Notes under the pieces: model-generated | What the model saw: only the letters and a program-made list of their open reading frames with translations | Databases searched by the model: none | Told to the model about the DNA's origin: nothing | Shown here: positions 41,649 to 54,201 of the stretch, in pieces | Layout: every line of letters starts with the position of its first letter | How positions within the stretch are numbered: the first letter of the stretch is position 1 | Program-made: the position numbers and the translations under genes | NCBI RefSeq assembly: GCF_009914755.1 | Contig: NC_060937.1 | From: the human T2T-CHM13v2.0 reference genome, Homo sapiens | DNA: 64,000 nucleotides | Direction: 5' to 3' (one strand)

Positions 41649-43624
41649 AAAAAATGAAAATGCCATTTTAATTTTTACTTTGTGCTCCTTATGACATTTG
41701 TATTTTTTCTTGCCTTATTGTACTAACATATTAGGAGACAACAGTAGAAATTCTAAACTTGTTCTTGCTTTTTAATTATCTTGTTTATTCAAATTTTAAT
41801 ATATATAGGGTTGTTCACATTTTCTATTCCTTTGCATTCATCTTTGTAAGTAGTGCCTTTCAATGGATTTGACCATCTCATCTAATTTGTAGGATGTATT
41901 GACATCACATTGTTTAGAGTACATTTGATGTCTTTTTAATGACTGTTAGATGTGTGTTTTATCTGCTTTTTCCAAATAAATGGGAATTTGCTTTATTATT
42001 ACTAAAATATTATTATATTATTATTAAAATATTGGCTTTGATAATTTTCTCTATTTTTCTCCTTTTATTTTTATTGTATTCCCATTGTACATTTTTTCTC
42101 TATTTTGTGTTAAATTTGCTTCCCTTCTGATTGCTTAAACTGAAAGCCTAAACCATTGATTTTTAAACCTTTCTTATTTTTTAATGAAAGCAAATCAAGC
42201 TATACATTTTTTATAAGTAATACTGTAGTAATTGTTACATGTTGTGTTTTATTATTATTCTTTTTGGTATATTTTCTAATTTCTATCGCAATTCTTTTTA
42301 GCTCCTGATGTATATGAATGCATAATTTTATTTCATTATTTAGGAAATTTTTTGGCAAATTTATTCTGATTGGTTTATAGTTTAGTTAACTTTTAGTCAA
42401 AGAATATACTCAATATTTCAGTATAATTTATTTCTTTTAAGACTTGCTTTATGTCTCAGAATATTATCTATTTTCATCAATATTCTATATGAACTGGAAA
42501 ATAACATGTATTCTACAGAAGTTTAATAAAGGATTCTAGAAATATGAATAAGATCAAGTTGGTTGGTAGAATTGTGCAAATGTTCTATGTCTTTACTTAT
42601 TTTTGTGTTTTTAAAAAATATTTATTGTTTTTTATCGATTACTAAGAGAAGGGTATTCATTCCCTACTTATGATTGTGGACTTTATCTAAAAACTTTAGT
42701 TCTGCAAATTTTTGTTTTATGTGGCTTTAAGCTCTAATTTGGGGCGTGAATGTCTGTTATGCTGTTTTGATAAAATCCCCTTTAAATTTAAGAATATTCC
42801 CTTTTCCTATGATTTAATACTTTGTATTCTAAGTTTTGCATTGTCTGTTTTAGTATTTCTGTATTAGTTTTCTTTTGTTTAGAGTTAGCATATCTGTTTT
42901 TCCATTCTTTAACTTACAAAGTGTTTTACGTTTACAGGGCATCTATTATAAACAAACGATAGCTGTTCTCCAAGAGTAGACTGGGGAGAACTCTCATGTA
43001 AACGTGAGTCTTAACCAGTGCTTTTTTTTTCTAATGTTATGCACTCTCCAGTTAGCAGAAGCTGTGGGTTAATCTCCAATGCCTTCAAACATGATTTCCC
43101 CTGTAGAGTTTATAACTTTTATATGCAGGATTGTTATGTCTAATGTAAGTTACTTTGCCATCAGCAGATCAGAAACTTTTTAGGTTTCTGATTTTGGGTA
43201 TTGATATACTTCACTTGGTGTGTTAGTTGTCACTTTTTCCAAAGGAACACACGTAGAATACAAAGAATGAGGTGTGTGGTGAGTATATATGCAAACTTTC
43301 CACTTTTAATTATACTTTTTTCAAATACTTAATTATTTGCATTTAATTATTAAAATTACCAAGTAGCATTAATTATAAAAATTCTAGCAAGTAGCATGAT
43401 ATTTTCAGATCAAGTTCTCCATACATACCTAATATCTTACAAATGCATCTGCTAGTCCTAAAAAACTGGATTTAATATTTTCTCAAATAATAATGTTATA
43501 TAAAATTTTCTCAAGAACTTGTGCAAAAATTTATATTTGCAAATAATATTAGATCAATATTATAGCTCAGATAAATGTTGCTGTAGCTCAGAAAAATATT
43601 ATACTATTAACTATACTAATACAT

Positions 43625-44029
43625 TGTAGCAGGACAAGCCTCAGACAAAACCCTTCAGACACTGGATTAAAGAAGGAAGAGGCTTTATTCAGCCAGGAGC
43701 GTTGGCAGACTAGCATCTCAAGAACCCAGCTCTCTGAAGAAAGAGTTCCTGGACCTTTTAAGGACTTACAACTCTAAGGGGTCCACGTGAAAGGGTCATG
43801 ATAGATTGAGCATGCATGGGGTAGGTGACTAGACAGGGGTAGTGAGCAAGGCAAGTATTTCTCCATAGCATTGTCTGTGATCTATAGATAGCACAAGCAG
43901 TTAGGGTGGGGGTTAATCTTTAACCTACAGGCCTGGCCAGTGGCACCGATCAGTCTGTTATTTTTCAGTTTTTACTTCCTCCATTTCTATGGAGACAGGG
44001 GACAGCAGGAGAAATGGACTCTCTCCTCA
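43625..44029 (-). mobile_element. ERV1 solo LTR, MER48-like (LTR2-related)
   Basis: tg...ca termini, 405 bp; reverse start tgaggagagagtccatttctcctgctgtcccctgtctcc; 4-bp flanks acat / atat. Confidence 0.8.
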
Positions 44030-44039
44030 ATATAAAAGT

Positions 44040-44665
44040 CAATTACAGCCAACTTTAGAAAACAGTTTGGTAGTTCCTCAAAAAGGTAAAAGCAAAACTA
44101 ATATATGACCCAAGTATAAGTATGTATCAAAGAGAAATGAAAACTCATAAGTATGTATCTAAGAGAAATGAAAACATGTCCACACAGGGACATACATGTT
44201 CATAGCAGCTTTATTCATAATAGCCAAAAACTAGAATTGATCTAAATGCCCATCAACTGGTCGATGGATGGACACAGCATGGATGCTGATAGAAAGGCAT
44301 ACTATTTAACAATAAAAAGGAACAAACTGCTGCACATGCTACTTCATGGATAAATGTCATAAACATGTTAAATTAAAGAAGCCAGATGCCTAGACAAAGT
44401 ACTGTATGGTTCATTTACATAAGACATTCAAAAGAGGAAAATTTATAGAAACAGAAAATAGATTAGTAGGTTACTAGGGCTGGGGGTGAGATTGGGGATT
44501 TATTGGTATGTGAGATCTTAATGGGGGAATAAGATTGCTTAAAAATCAGTTTATGTTAACGGTCCCACCACTCATTGTAGTTACTAAAATTCACTTGAAA
44601 TGAGTTCATTGAAATGGGTGAATTTTATCATATGTGAAATATTTCTGAATAAAACTTTAATGAAA
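44040..44665 (+). mobile_element. L1MB/MC-type 3' fragment with a 31-bp tandem duplication at 44116-44175
   Basis: cagccaactttagaaaacagtttggtagttcctc...catagcagctttattcataatagccaaaaact...aaatgggtgaattttatcatatgtgaaat. Confidence 0.85.
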
Positions 44666-44787
44666 AAGTAAGTGGAATATAAAATAATGAAATAGCTATA
44701 GTAATCAAAATTAATTGGTTAATCAAAGATCTTAATAGAATATTGAAGGTTGAAAACTTTTGAAAAGGAAAATTTTGTACTTTGAAG

Positions 44788-45235
44788 TATAGCAGGACAA
44801 GCCTCAGACAAAACCCCTCAGACACCAAGTTAAAGAAGGAAGGGCTTTATTCGGCCAAGAGCTTTGGCAAGACTCACGTCTCCAACAACCAAGCTCTCCA
44901 AGTGAGCAATTCCTGTCCCTTTTAAGGGCTCACAACTCTAAGGGGATCCATGTGAGAGGGTCGTGATAGATTGAGCAAGCAGGGGGTATGTGACTGGGGG
45001 CTGCATGCACCGGTAATCAGAACAGAACAGAACAGAATAGGACAGGGATCTTCACAGTGCTTTTCTTATGCAAATAACCGATTAGGTAAGGGGTCGATCT
45101 TTAACTACTAGGCCCAGGGTGTGGTGGCAGACTGTCTGCTTGTGGATTTCATTTCTGCCTTTTAGTTTTTACTTCTTCTTTCTTTGGAGGCAGAAATTGG
45201 GCATAAGACAATAAGAGGGGTGGTCTCCTCCCTTA
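44788..45235 (-). mobile_element. LTR2 (HERV-E/Harlequin) solo LTR
   Basis: Reverse start taagggaggagaccacccctcttattgtcttatgcccaatttctgcctccaaag; perfect 4-bp TSD gaag at 44784-44787 and 45236-45239. Confidence 0.9.
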
Positions 45236-46436
45236 GAAGTAGGTTCGTTTGGACTTACCTATGTCTATTTTCTGATGAGCAAAATGTGTAATGCTAGAAA
45301 GTATGTGACCTTCTGAATGAGTATCGGAGTTAATCTAAAGTACATCCTACTCACCTGAAGAAATATATAAGAATTGCTAAGCCTATTGGGAAATTAAATA
45401 GCCTCATATAGTTTTCATGTTTTTTTTGTTCTCTTTTCATGCCAAATCTCTAATGGCAGTGCTAAAGAGCAATGAAATGGCCAAAGGCAGGAAGCCAGAG
45501 AGAAAAGGGAGAGAATGAAGAGCCAAATAAGCAACCTTTAAATAACTAAGAGTTGATTGATTGATTCCACCCATTTAGAAAATTATCTTAATGCCTCTGT
45601 TTGCTAAAATTTCCTGGTGGTCTTGCCAGATACTCTAAAATAGCTGTGATTTAAAACAATATGAGTTGTGTGTAAGTGCAGAAGATAGGGAGTCAGATAA
45701 TTCTGATTTAAATGAAGCTGCATGAGTTCTGATCTTTGCCACCTTTCCCTGCTTTAGGTCCAATTCATATGTAAATATAGACTTAATGAACTCACACTTG
45801 TAACACACACAGTACCCAGTGCATTCTATTTTCTCAGTAAACAATAGTAGAATAAAGATAATTTTATATATAGTGGCAGTCCTCATTAATATTTAAGAAG
45901 ACCATTTACAAGGATGTAGGAGTATGCCACATATACTGAAGGTCGATATTATGATAGAAAAGCAATTAATATCATTCATTCAAGAAACTATTCAATTTGG
46001 TGGCAGGCTCAGCAATTTGATTGGCCAATATGACTGATCTTTGCAGCCGGCATAATTGAATATGTTATTCTGTAAGACCAGGTATTTCATAATTTTCTTC
46101 TGTATAAATAATAAGATATATGAAAGAACACAGAATTAATAAATTAATGAATACAGCTAATAATAAAACAATAAACCCCTTCAGTAGAGAAAAGAAAGTC
46201 TAAATATACCTTTAGAATTGATTCTTCCTGTCTTACTAATCAAAGTTATTCATTAAGCAACTGTTTATCTTTCAAAGAGTCATTAGGCATCAGGCATAAG
46301 GTATACAAATGGATATGTAAATGAATTGGTAGAAAATACGATGTTTTCTTTGAAAAAGAAGTGTATAGGAAGCAAGGTGGGAGTAGAGGGGGAGTACAAA
46401 GTAACCTTAAGTGGATAAGCCAAACCTCCCTCCATG

Positions 46437-47234
46437 ATGGGGGTCGTCAAGTCTTTTTTTCTGATAAAGGCCAGTTAGGAAATAATTCAAGCTTTACAGG
46501 CTGGAGAATATCTGTCAGAACTACTCAACTTTGCTTTTGTAGCTGTAGGGTAAGAAAGATGTATTTTCCTTACCCACTCTAGGCTTATGGCTGAGGTCCC
46601 TATAACAAGGAACAGCTTAACAAAGTAAAGACACACAAATGTACTTAATATAAGTTGTATGTGACATGGAAGCCTTCATAAGGAAAAGAAGACCCAAAGA
46701 AATAGTTAAACCTATGTGTTTTTTATGGTAGGTTTGATGAAGACTGGATAGATGTGGAGAAATATGATAGGCCCTTTGGCCTGTCATATTTCTGATAATA
46801 AATTGGAAAACTTAGTGAGGTCTGTTCAGATTCTTTTCTGTGACCTTTTGTCTTTGGGCATAAGGATATAAGGACGCTCCTTTTATCTTGCAATTGGGAA
46901 GGTACTTTTCATGTAAGGGTCTCCTGACCTGCTTTTGGGAATGTCAGAACACTCTTCAATTGTTCTACGGCCTGATACAGGGCATAGGTAGAGAAGAAAG
47001 GTGAGAGTTATCTTTCTGCCTCCGTGATTTTGCTGAAATTTCATCAGCATAAAATATTAAATATGCCACTGTGCTACATTTTGGGGTAACATGTTCTGAA
47101 CTCCATTATAGAGATAACATAACCATAGGCAGAATGCTTTTTAAAAAAAAATATAAGAGCATTCTAATAATACAGTGTTATTTAAAAAAAAAAAGTCTGA
47201 TTTGTCCTAAGTGCCATATTTGTTCAGACCCTGC
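46437..47234 (+). mobile_element. MER58A hAT-Charlie element split by an LTR (46437-46543 and about 47111-47234)
   Basis: ggggtcgtcaagtcttttttt...aaggccagttag...ctgtcagaactactcaactttgc; right end gatttgtcctaagtgccatatttgttcagaccctg. Confidence 0.7.
46544..47110 (-). mobile_element. MER4-group ERV1 solo LTR (LTR54/MER93-like; exact family uncertain)
   Basis: Reverse start ggagttcagaacatgttaccccaaaatgtagcac...ggcatatttaatatttta; left end tgtagggtaagaaag. Confidence 0.7.
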
Positions 47235-48304
47235 TCTAGGGAAAGCTACTTTAAGGGTAAACTAAATGTGTGATAGACAATTACAGTTAAAAAAATGATA
47301 TGCTAAATAGTTTAAACTTGGCTCACATGTAAATATGTTCAAAGTTAATGAAGACATTTAAATTTAAGTACAAAAGAAAATATTTAGATTGAATTTCAGA
47401 AAGGCCACTCTTAATTTGGTGTCAGTTATCTATTGAAAATGTCAGTAAAAATATAGTTCAACAGAATTATAAAAGTCTGTGCATTTATGTTTAGAAACTC
47501 ATAACTTTTACATTTAGCTTTCCTAATATTGTCAGTTGCTTCAATCCAATGAATAAATAATTTTGACTTTTACCTAGTAAAATCTTACAGTTTTTTTTGC
47601 TGTTATTTTTATTAGCCTTTTTCTCCAGGCTCAGTGAGCTGCAAATCTTCCCATCACACAGGTATTATCAGAGGTTTACCATGAAATTAATAATTATTGA
47701 AAGTACAAAAATTCTGATTCAGAATTTTAGAGGTTGAGTTGCACATAGTAATCTATGGTATTCAAACTTCTCTTGGACATTCCAAGTTTAAAAATACCTG
47801 AAGTTCAAGTATGGTGATTGTTTTTATTAAAATAAAAATTTCTGGATTTTTAAAAAGATTCTAGTTTTTAGAAGTTTCTAGATTTTTTTTAAACTAGTTT
47901 TCAAGGCAATTATTGACCCATGCACCTAATTAAACTCACTGTTGTAGTTAGGCAATATCTAATAAAGATTTAATCAGTATGTCTCAATTTATAAACAAAA
48001 TACCATAATGTTCAATGAACATGTCATGATGAATCAAATAAATTTTTATACCAGATAACAGCCTTTTAACAGATAAAACTAAAACGAATTATGTGTCTCA
48101 ATTTCTGTTTCCATCTAGGCCAGAACGAAGAACACCTTTACTCCATTCTGTAGTGGAAAGATGATAGCCTTGTCTTACTTTAGGTGATAATAAAGTACTC
48201 TAATTCAATATTACATGCTAATTATTCTGGAGTGATAATGAGCCACACCTTGCAAATTAGACATCATTGTAAGAGGGAAATTCCCCAGAGGAAGATTAAG
48301 TACT

Positions 48305-48668
48305 CAGAATAGTGTTTTCCTCCAAAAATATAATGAAAGCCACAAAAGTAAGCTTAAGTTTTCTGGAAGCCACATTTAAAAATTAGTAGGAAAAACAGAA
48401 TATAATCAATATAAAATTAATAATGGGATATCCTCTTTCTTCTCATTCTAAATCCACCCTGGATTTAGAAGAGTTGGCATGAAAAAGTAGTAAAATATCT
48501 CATTAATCATATATTGATTATATGTTGAAATAACATTTTGAATGTATTGGGGCAAATAAAATACATTATTAAAATGTATATTCTTTTAACCATTAATACT
48601 TGTACTAGCTATATTGCATGTGTTAAATATTCACATGTGGTTACTGACTATTACATTGAACAACACAG
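48305..48668. mobile_element. MER33/MER3-like hAT-Charlie remnants
   Basis: aaatataatgaaagccaca...ttttctggaagccacatttaaaaa; ctagctatattgcatgtgttaaatattcacatgtggtta...cattgaacaacacag. Confidence 0.6.
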
Positions 48669-48699
48669 GGTTAAAGCCCTACTGCACATCTATGAGGTA

Positions 48700-48860
48700 A
48701 ATTAACTTGAGCAACTTGCACATCTATGTGTATGTCAAAGACTCATGTTCTTTTCTCTAAACTTGGCATAAAGATAGTAACTACTTCACTTAGTGTATAT
48801 AAAGATAAATTATAATCTATATAAAATGTTTGCACTAAAAATGTTAGCTAATATTATAAT
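48700..48860 (+). mobile_element. Degenerate MIR
   Basis: aacttgagcaact...gatagtaactacttcacttagtgt...aagataaattataatctatataaaatgttt. Confidence 0.45.
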
Positions 48861-48950
48861 TATTCTTGCTGATAAGGTCCAATTTACATACTATGATTCA
48901 TACACAGAAGAAATAAAACTTTCATGACATTTTATGTGACCTTTACTTGA

Positions 48951-49297
48951 TGTAATAGTTAATTTCATGTGTCAACTCACCTGGGCTATGGTGCCCAATT
49001 GGTGATCAAATACCAGTTTAGATGTTGCCATGAAGGTGTTTTTTAGGTGTGATTAACCTTTAAATCAGTAGGCTTTGAGGAAAGCAGAATACCCTCTATA
49101 AATGGGTGGGTCTCATTCAATCAGTTGAAGGCCTTAATTAGGAGAAAAGCTTGAGGTTGCCTAAAATATAACTAATTCTGCTTCCAGAGTGAGTTCAGAT
49201 TCAAGACCGCAACATTAATTCTTGCTGGAGTTTTCACAACACACACACACACACATTTCTATTAGTTCCATTTCTCTGGAGAACCTTGGCTAATACA
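48951..49297 (+). mobile_element. MLT2 (ERVL) solo LTR
   Basis: tgtaatagttaatttcatgtgtcaactc...caatcagttgaaggccttaa...tttctctggagaaccttggctaataca. Confidence 0.9.
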
Positions 49298-49884
49298 CTT
49301 TCCTTAATTCCCTTATCCCCAAAGTAATAACAGAGTATGCACTCAGGAGAGCATGCCATTATTAAATCAGGTTAACATGCTGTTTTCATTTAAACGGTCA
49401 CTTTTTGTTGTATAATCATATACTTTATTTTCCAAACTGAGATATTTTTGAGATGAAAGTGTGCAATATTTACAATTACAATAAATTATATATAAACAGA
49501 GGCTAGCCCAAGAAACCCAAGAGTAACTGTTACTTTACCTTTAAGTAAGCTTAGCATTTTAAGTAGATATTTAGTCTTTCAATTTTGTTCTTATTTCCAT
49601 TTTTTTCCCATCCCTTCATTCTCTCCAAGTTTGCAGGGATAGCTATCACTCTATGCCACGGTGATGGGTTTCTGGAAAATGTGCTGCCCTCATGTTGAGA
49701 TGTTTCATTTACTCAACTCAGAACTTTCACCACTATTCTTGATGACTGCAATGCTGTGGGGGCTACAGGTGGTAAAATTGATGACCACTGCACTGAGCAT
49801 GAACAATGCATGACAAAGGTTCTTGTGTGGGATGTCCATCCCCTGCTTATGGGATTAGTTCTACTATGTCAGCTCAATTTGTGG

Positions 49885-50795
49885 TATAAAAGCAAAAATT
49901 ATACCTGAAAAAATTAAACAGGAAAGGAAGATTTATTCAAGCCTATTGTAGCATGGACAAAAGACTGTAACTCATTCTGAACTCAGCTCCACTGAAACAA
50001 AGGCAAAAAAGTTTATTAGTACTGGGGTGAGGTACTGGAAAAGTACTAGAGGATGTTGGGGGAAGGTTGATCCACAGGATATGTCAAGTACATTGATATG
50101 GCTTGGTTCTGTGTTCCCTCCCAAATCTCACCTCTAATTGTAATAATTCCCATGTGTTTGGGAGGGACTGGTGGGAGGTAATTAAATCCTGGAAGTGCGT
50201 TTTTCCCATACTGTTCTTATGATAGTGAGTAAATCTCATGAGATCTGATGGTTTTATAAAGGGGAGTTCCCCTGCACACGCCCTCTTGCTTGCCACCATA
50301 TAAGATGTGACTTTTCTCCTCATTCACCTTCCACCATAATTGTTAGGCCTTTGCCCAGACATGTGGAACTGTGAGTCAATTAAAAGTCTTGTTTATAAAT
50401 TACCCAATCTCTGGTATATCTTTATTGGCAGCATGAGAACAGACTAATACACACATTGAGTGATTCCTGAATTTGCAAATATGATTAGGTCATTTCATTT
50501 TCTAATTGGCACCCATCAAGTTGGGCTACTAACTTCCCACAGAGACTGGGAAATAGAGGCATTATTGTATTCCTTGATAATTACCCTTGAAAAGGATGTC
50601 CCTGGTCTTTGAGAAAAACATCTTTTGGATTGTAAGACTGGCAGGAGAATTTTTATAAAGGTTTACAACTCTAAGCGACAGAGAATTTGCAATTATACAG
50701 TTTCTAAATAGTGCTATAAGAACAGGGAGTTCAGAGGCTGAGAATATGGATAAAATCTGTCTAATGTTTCATCAAGTTGAAAGTAAAACTTTGCA
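49885..50795 (-). mobile_element. MER67-like ERV1 LTR split by THE1C
   Basis: aaacaggaaaggaagatttattcaagcctattg...gaactcagctccactgaaacaaag; cccacagagactggg...ttgtaagactggcag...tttctaaatagtgctataagaacagggag. Confidence 0.65.
50094..50451 (+). mobile_element. THE1C-like solo LTR
   Basis: tgatatggcttgg...gagatctgatggttttataaaggggagttcccctgcac...cagactaataca; TSD tacat / cacat. Confidence 0.92.
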
Positions 50796-50799
50796 AGGA

Positions 50800-53700
50800 A
50801 GCCAATAATCCAAACACATCTAGCTGCAAACAGAGAGACACAGTACATTTCAGCACAATCCAAATATTGTTATCTTGGCACAATGTGGGAGAAACAACAC
50901 TTTATACTAGTCACTAATTCAGAACATATTTTGCCTCCTGGAGATCCCAACACTACAAGGTGCCACTTAGTCTGCAGTGTAATTTACCATTTAAAAGACC
51001 ATTTTAATATTCTATCAGGGTAGCTATTTCAGAATGATAGGGCATATGGTTCAACTGCAAAATCCATAAGAATAAGCCAAATTCCACTCTTCATTAATTT
51101 AAAATTATTTTCCTGGTCAGAAGAAGTGTTATGTGGTAGAACATGATGGTGAACACACTTAAGGTCACAGGTGGTGATATTAGAAGTATTTCATGCAGGA
51201 AATGTAAGCAGATGCAGATTAAGCATCCATTCCAGACAGAATAAGGCATGGCTCTATTGATAATGGAAGTTTTCAAATATATTTAATCTGTTTCTATATA
51301 ACAGGCTCTGTGCTATTGATGTACAGTGCTATATCAAGGGCTCTTTGACTTTACTATAGGCAGGCTGGGGAAAAAGCAACAGCTAAAATCACCCTGTATG
51401 TTTCAGCCTAGATGTTTCTGATAGTTAGACTAACTTTTATAGCCATATCCTTGTTTCCATAGCCACACTTTTACTGAGAAAAACAGGGATTATTGGAGAG
51501 AGAGGCTGGCTGATATCCACACAAAGGATTATCTTGCCCAACTGATTATTAAAATATTTTTCTTCTGAAGATGCTCTTTAGTAAGCATTTTCAGGGTAAA
51601 CAAGTATGTAACTCTTTGAGGCCATTCAAAGATGTTAATCCACACAATTCTTTCCACAGCCTCCTTGCCAGCACTTTTCTAATCAAATTTTTCTAAGGTC
51701 TTGGCCAACCATCCAAATCATTAGCCATTGTCTCTAAATCAGTGTAGATCCATATCTCAGTCTTCTGTTTTTCAGGCCAAATAACAGGCAGGTCTTCAGC
51801 CACTGAGGTGATTTCCACTCACTCCTGTTCATAAGGTTTCCCATGAGTGGGGGATGAAATGTAACAGCTGTCCATTTTCTGTTGTTCGTAAATTATGTAG
51901 AACTATATTTATATTTAAAACAGCATCGAATTATTTTATTCCTCTGGTTGTCATAATCTCCTCAAGAGGTTACCAGTGTGGAGTGAGAAGCAGGAAACAT
52001 GCATTCTTAACCACTTGTTTATGCAAATTACTTATCCCTTCAGAACATTTGTAAGCCATATTTAGTATGTGTGTATCATTTTCACTTGTTGATAGACTAG
52101 TGCTCTATATATCCAACCTGAAGGTGTAGAATATTAGAAAAACTCCTAGGACATATTGTGGCCCATGGTCTCATATTATGTTTCTATTATGGCTCAAAAG
52201 ATGTTTTTGAAAGAGCTATCTTGTATTGGCTAAGGATGGCATATGTTTACTTCAAAACCCGAAAGGTCTATACTGGATTCACCCACAGTGACCTGCTAAA
52301 GGCTCCATATATAAAACTTATCTGACTCTTACATTTCAAGCACTATTGTGTCTCCTCAGTCATCTGGTCCAATTGTCAGAAAAGCGTATATGACATCACA
52401 GACATAATGCATATTGTTCTCTTGCTCTCGCATTCCACTCAAAACTGGAAGCCTTTCAGTGAGGTACATATGGACCTTCAAAAACAAAAGTGTTTACTGG
52501 ATAGTTTTCCTCTGTCTTAGTGGTGGGTAGTGCCAGAGACAGCAGTGTGAATTTGTCCTCTTCTGATGCAATGTTTTAATATGCCACAGACTCCTCATAC
52601 ATGGAATTTGCATGGGGGTAGGAAGCTCCTACATTTTTTGAGATTTATTTTCCACTTTATGACACGTATGTGTCTTACTGTTACTGATGAGAGGTTCTTG
52701 TCTCTCAATGTAACAAAAGTTAACTTGAAATAAGGCAAAATTTTCCAGAGAGGTTTATTAAGACTTATACCCAGAAAGGCTGAACATTAAAGAGATAGCA
52801 CAGGAAAACAAACAAACAAACAAAAACAAGACAACAACAACCAAAAAAACATTCTGCAGCTTATGCACTCCAGAGGGGAGTGTATTGCAGTGTCCTAAGG
52901 AGGGCAACATACATAATTCATGAAGCAGATGAGCATTATTATATGTGCTGAGTGGAGTGCAGAGTGCACAGGTAGAGAAATCATGCTAGCACTTACACTG
53001 CATGGTCAGAAAATGGCAGATAAGCCCCTCTCTGGGAAAGATTTTACTCTCATAATGAGGCTGGGATTAAAGATAAGCCATTCTTCTGGATTTGTGCAAA
53101 CAGGGGCAAAAGGGTTAACTCCTCTGAGTTATATTTATGTTGGGATGTTGCTTATTTTAGTTTCCAAGGTCCTGCAATCAGTGGGTATGGCACTTTGAGT
53201 AAGATTCATGGTGCAAGGTCTGGATGGTCTGGCTGGGGTCTTTGCTGGCCACAGGTCCACCTCCACCCACCAGCTTGTAGTAAAGCTCTCCAGTGGGGAA
53301 TAGAGGCCTAGTCCCATCCCTATTCTGTCTCATTACAAATAAGCAGAATAGCTTTCTACTTCTTGTACACCCACTCCAGTTAGCATAAGATGAATTTCAT
53401 GGACTAGCACCATGCTCTGTGTGATTGAGAGGATATCAAACTCCTACAGAATATTCTATGAATGAGGACTAGACAGTAAATATAAGCCTGAAATAGGACA
53501 GTGAGATTTATACTTGGCCCTGCCAGTTAAACTGCTTTCAGTGGTCTTTGCTAACAAGTTCAATTTAGTAGCTACATATCATGCACCATTTTTGTTTGTT
53601 TGTTTGTTTTAATTTGTTTCAGTAAATCTGGAGCAACAGATTGGTTCCCTTACTTTACTAAATGTATGAAAATACATTTTGATCATCCACTTTCCATCTA

Positions 53701-53965
53701 TTATTGGCTCTTTCTCACTGAAAGCATTTGAGCAGGTAAAGGTTTCTGAATGAATTAGGTGTGACTGGCTCATAGTTTATTTCTTCATTATGCTGGCTCA
53801 GTGCAGACAATTAGGAAGATCAAGACCCCTTAATCACTTGGGGATGAAAGCCAGTATACTAGGAGAACTTTATATAGTTTTGGTCTATAGTTTACATAAG
53901 ACTCGTTAATGCACTTAGGTACCCTCCTCCTCATGATCATCATCATTGTCACTTGGCATCAGATT
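50800..53965 (-). mobile_element. Highly decayed ERVL-type internal (pol-like) sequence
   Basis: Higher GC than the flanks; the reverse strand near 51150-51700 loosely recalls ERVL RNaseH/integrase-region DNA; no intact ORF. Family and boundaries uncertain. Confidence 0.4.
52685..53332 (-). mobile_element. Solo LTR of about 650 bp (ERVL- or ERV1-class, family not resolved)
   Basis: tg...ca termini; reverse start tgagacagaatagggatgggactagg; reverse AATAAA (tttatt) near the 3' end; flanks ttac / ttac at 52681-52684 and 53333-53336. Confidence 0.7.
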
Positions 53966-53969
53966 ATAA

Positions 53970-54201
53970 AGTGACTTCCTTCACATTCCAGTTCTGTGAA
54001 ATGAATTTAGGTGTCACAACTTGTTATGGAGATAGAGGTTTTACAAGAATCATTAAGTAAAAAGCTCCAAACAGGGTCACATTCTGAGGTATTGGAAGTT
54101 AGGACTTCAACATATACATTTTGAGAGGGAAACAAGGCTACCCATAACAAACTGTGACACCTAAATTCATTTCACAGAACTGGACTGTGAAGGAAGGCAC
54201 T
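53970..54201. repeat. Inverted repeat, 60-bp arms (53970-54029 and 54142-54201), 112-nt spacer
   Basis: Arms match at 56 of 60 positions by hand alignment, with a 32-bp perfect core tccagttctgtgaaatgaatttaggtgtcaca. Confidence 0.93.
54028..54149 (-). mobile_element. MLT1A/B/C LTR 5' fragment, rearranged
   Basis: ccaaacagggtcacattctgaggtattggaagttaggacttcaacatat...acccataaca is the reverse of the MLT1 start tgttatggg...tatgttgaagtcctaac. Confidence 0.8.

Larger units (their letters stand above)
39020..42960 (-). mobile_element. Old L1M (L1MC/MD/ME-type) long fragment hosting two younger L1 insertions
   Basis: T-rich antisense L1 motifs: catttggattttttt, tccctaatgattaatgatg, tttaggtctgtgatttatctc, ccatttgttgaaaggactattctttcccc, agaattgacatctcaacaat, tatatagaaatgcaat. 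Confidence 0.75.

Noticed and set aside
35678-44175. Short direct repeats of 25-31 bp as a CRISPR-like array
   Set aside because: Each is a separate two-copy local duplication with unrelated sequence; no spacer series, no cas genes, and the DNA is primate.
43625-45235. A single deleted provirus with two LTRs and a captured insert
   Set aside because: The LTRs differ in family and length, each has its own TSD, and the middle is older L1M sequence with no PBS or PPT.
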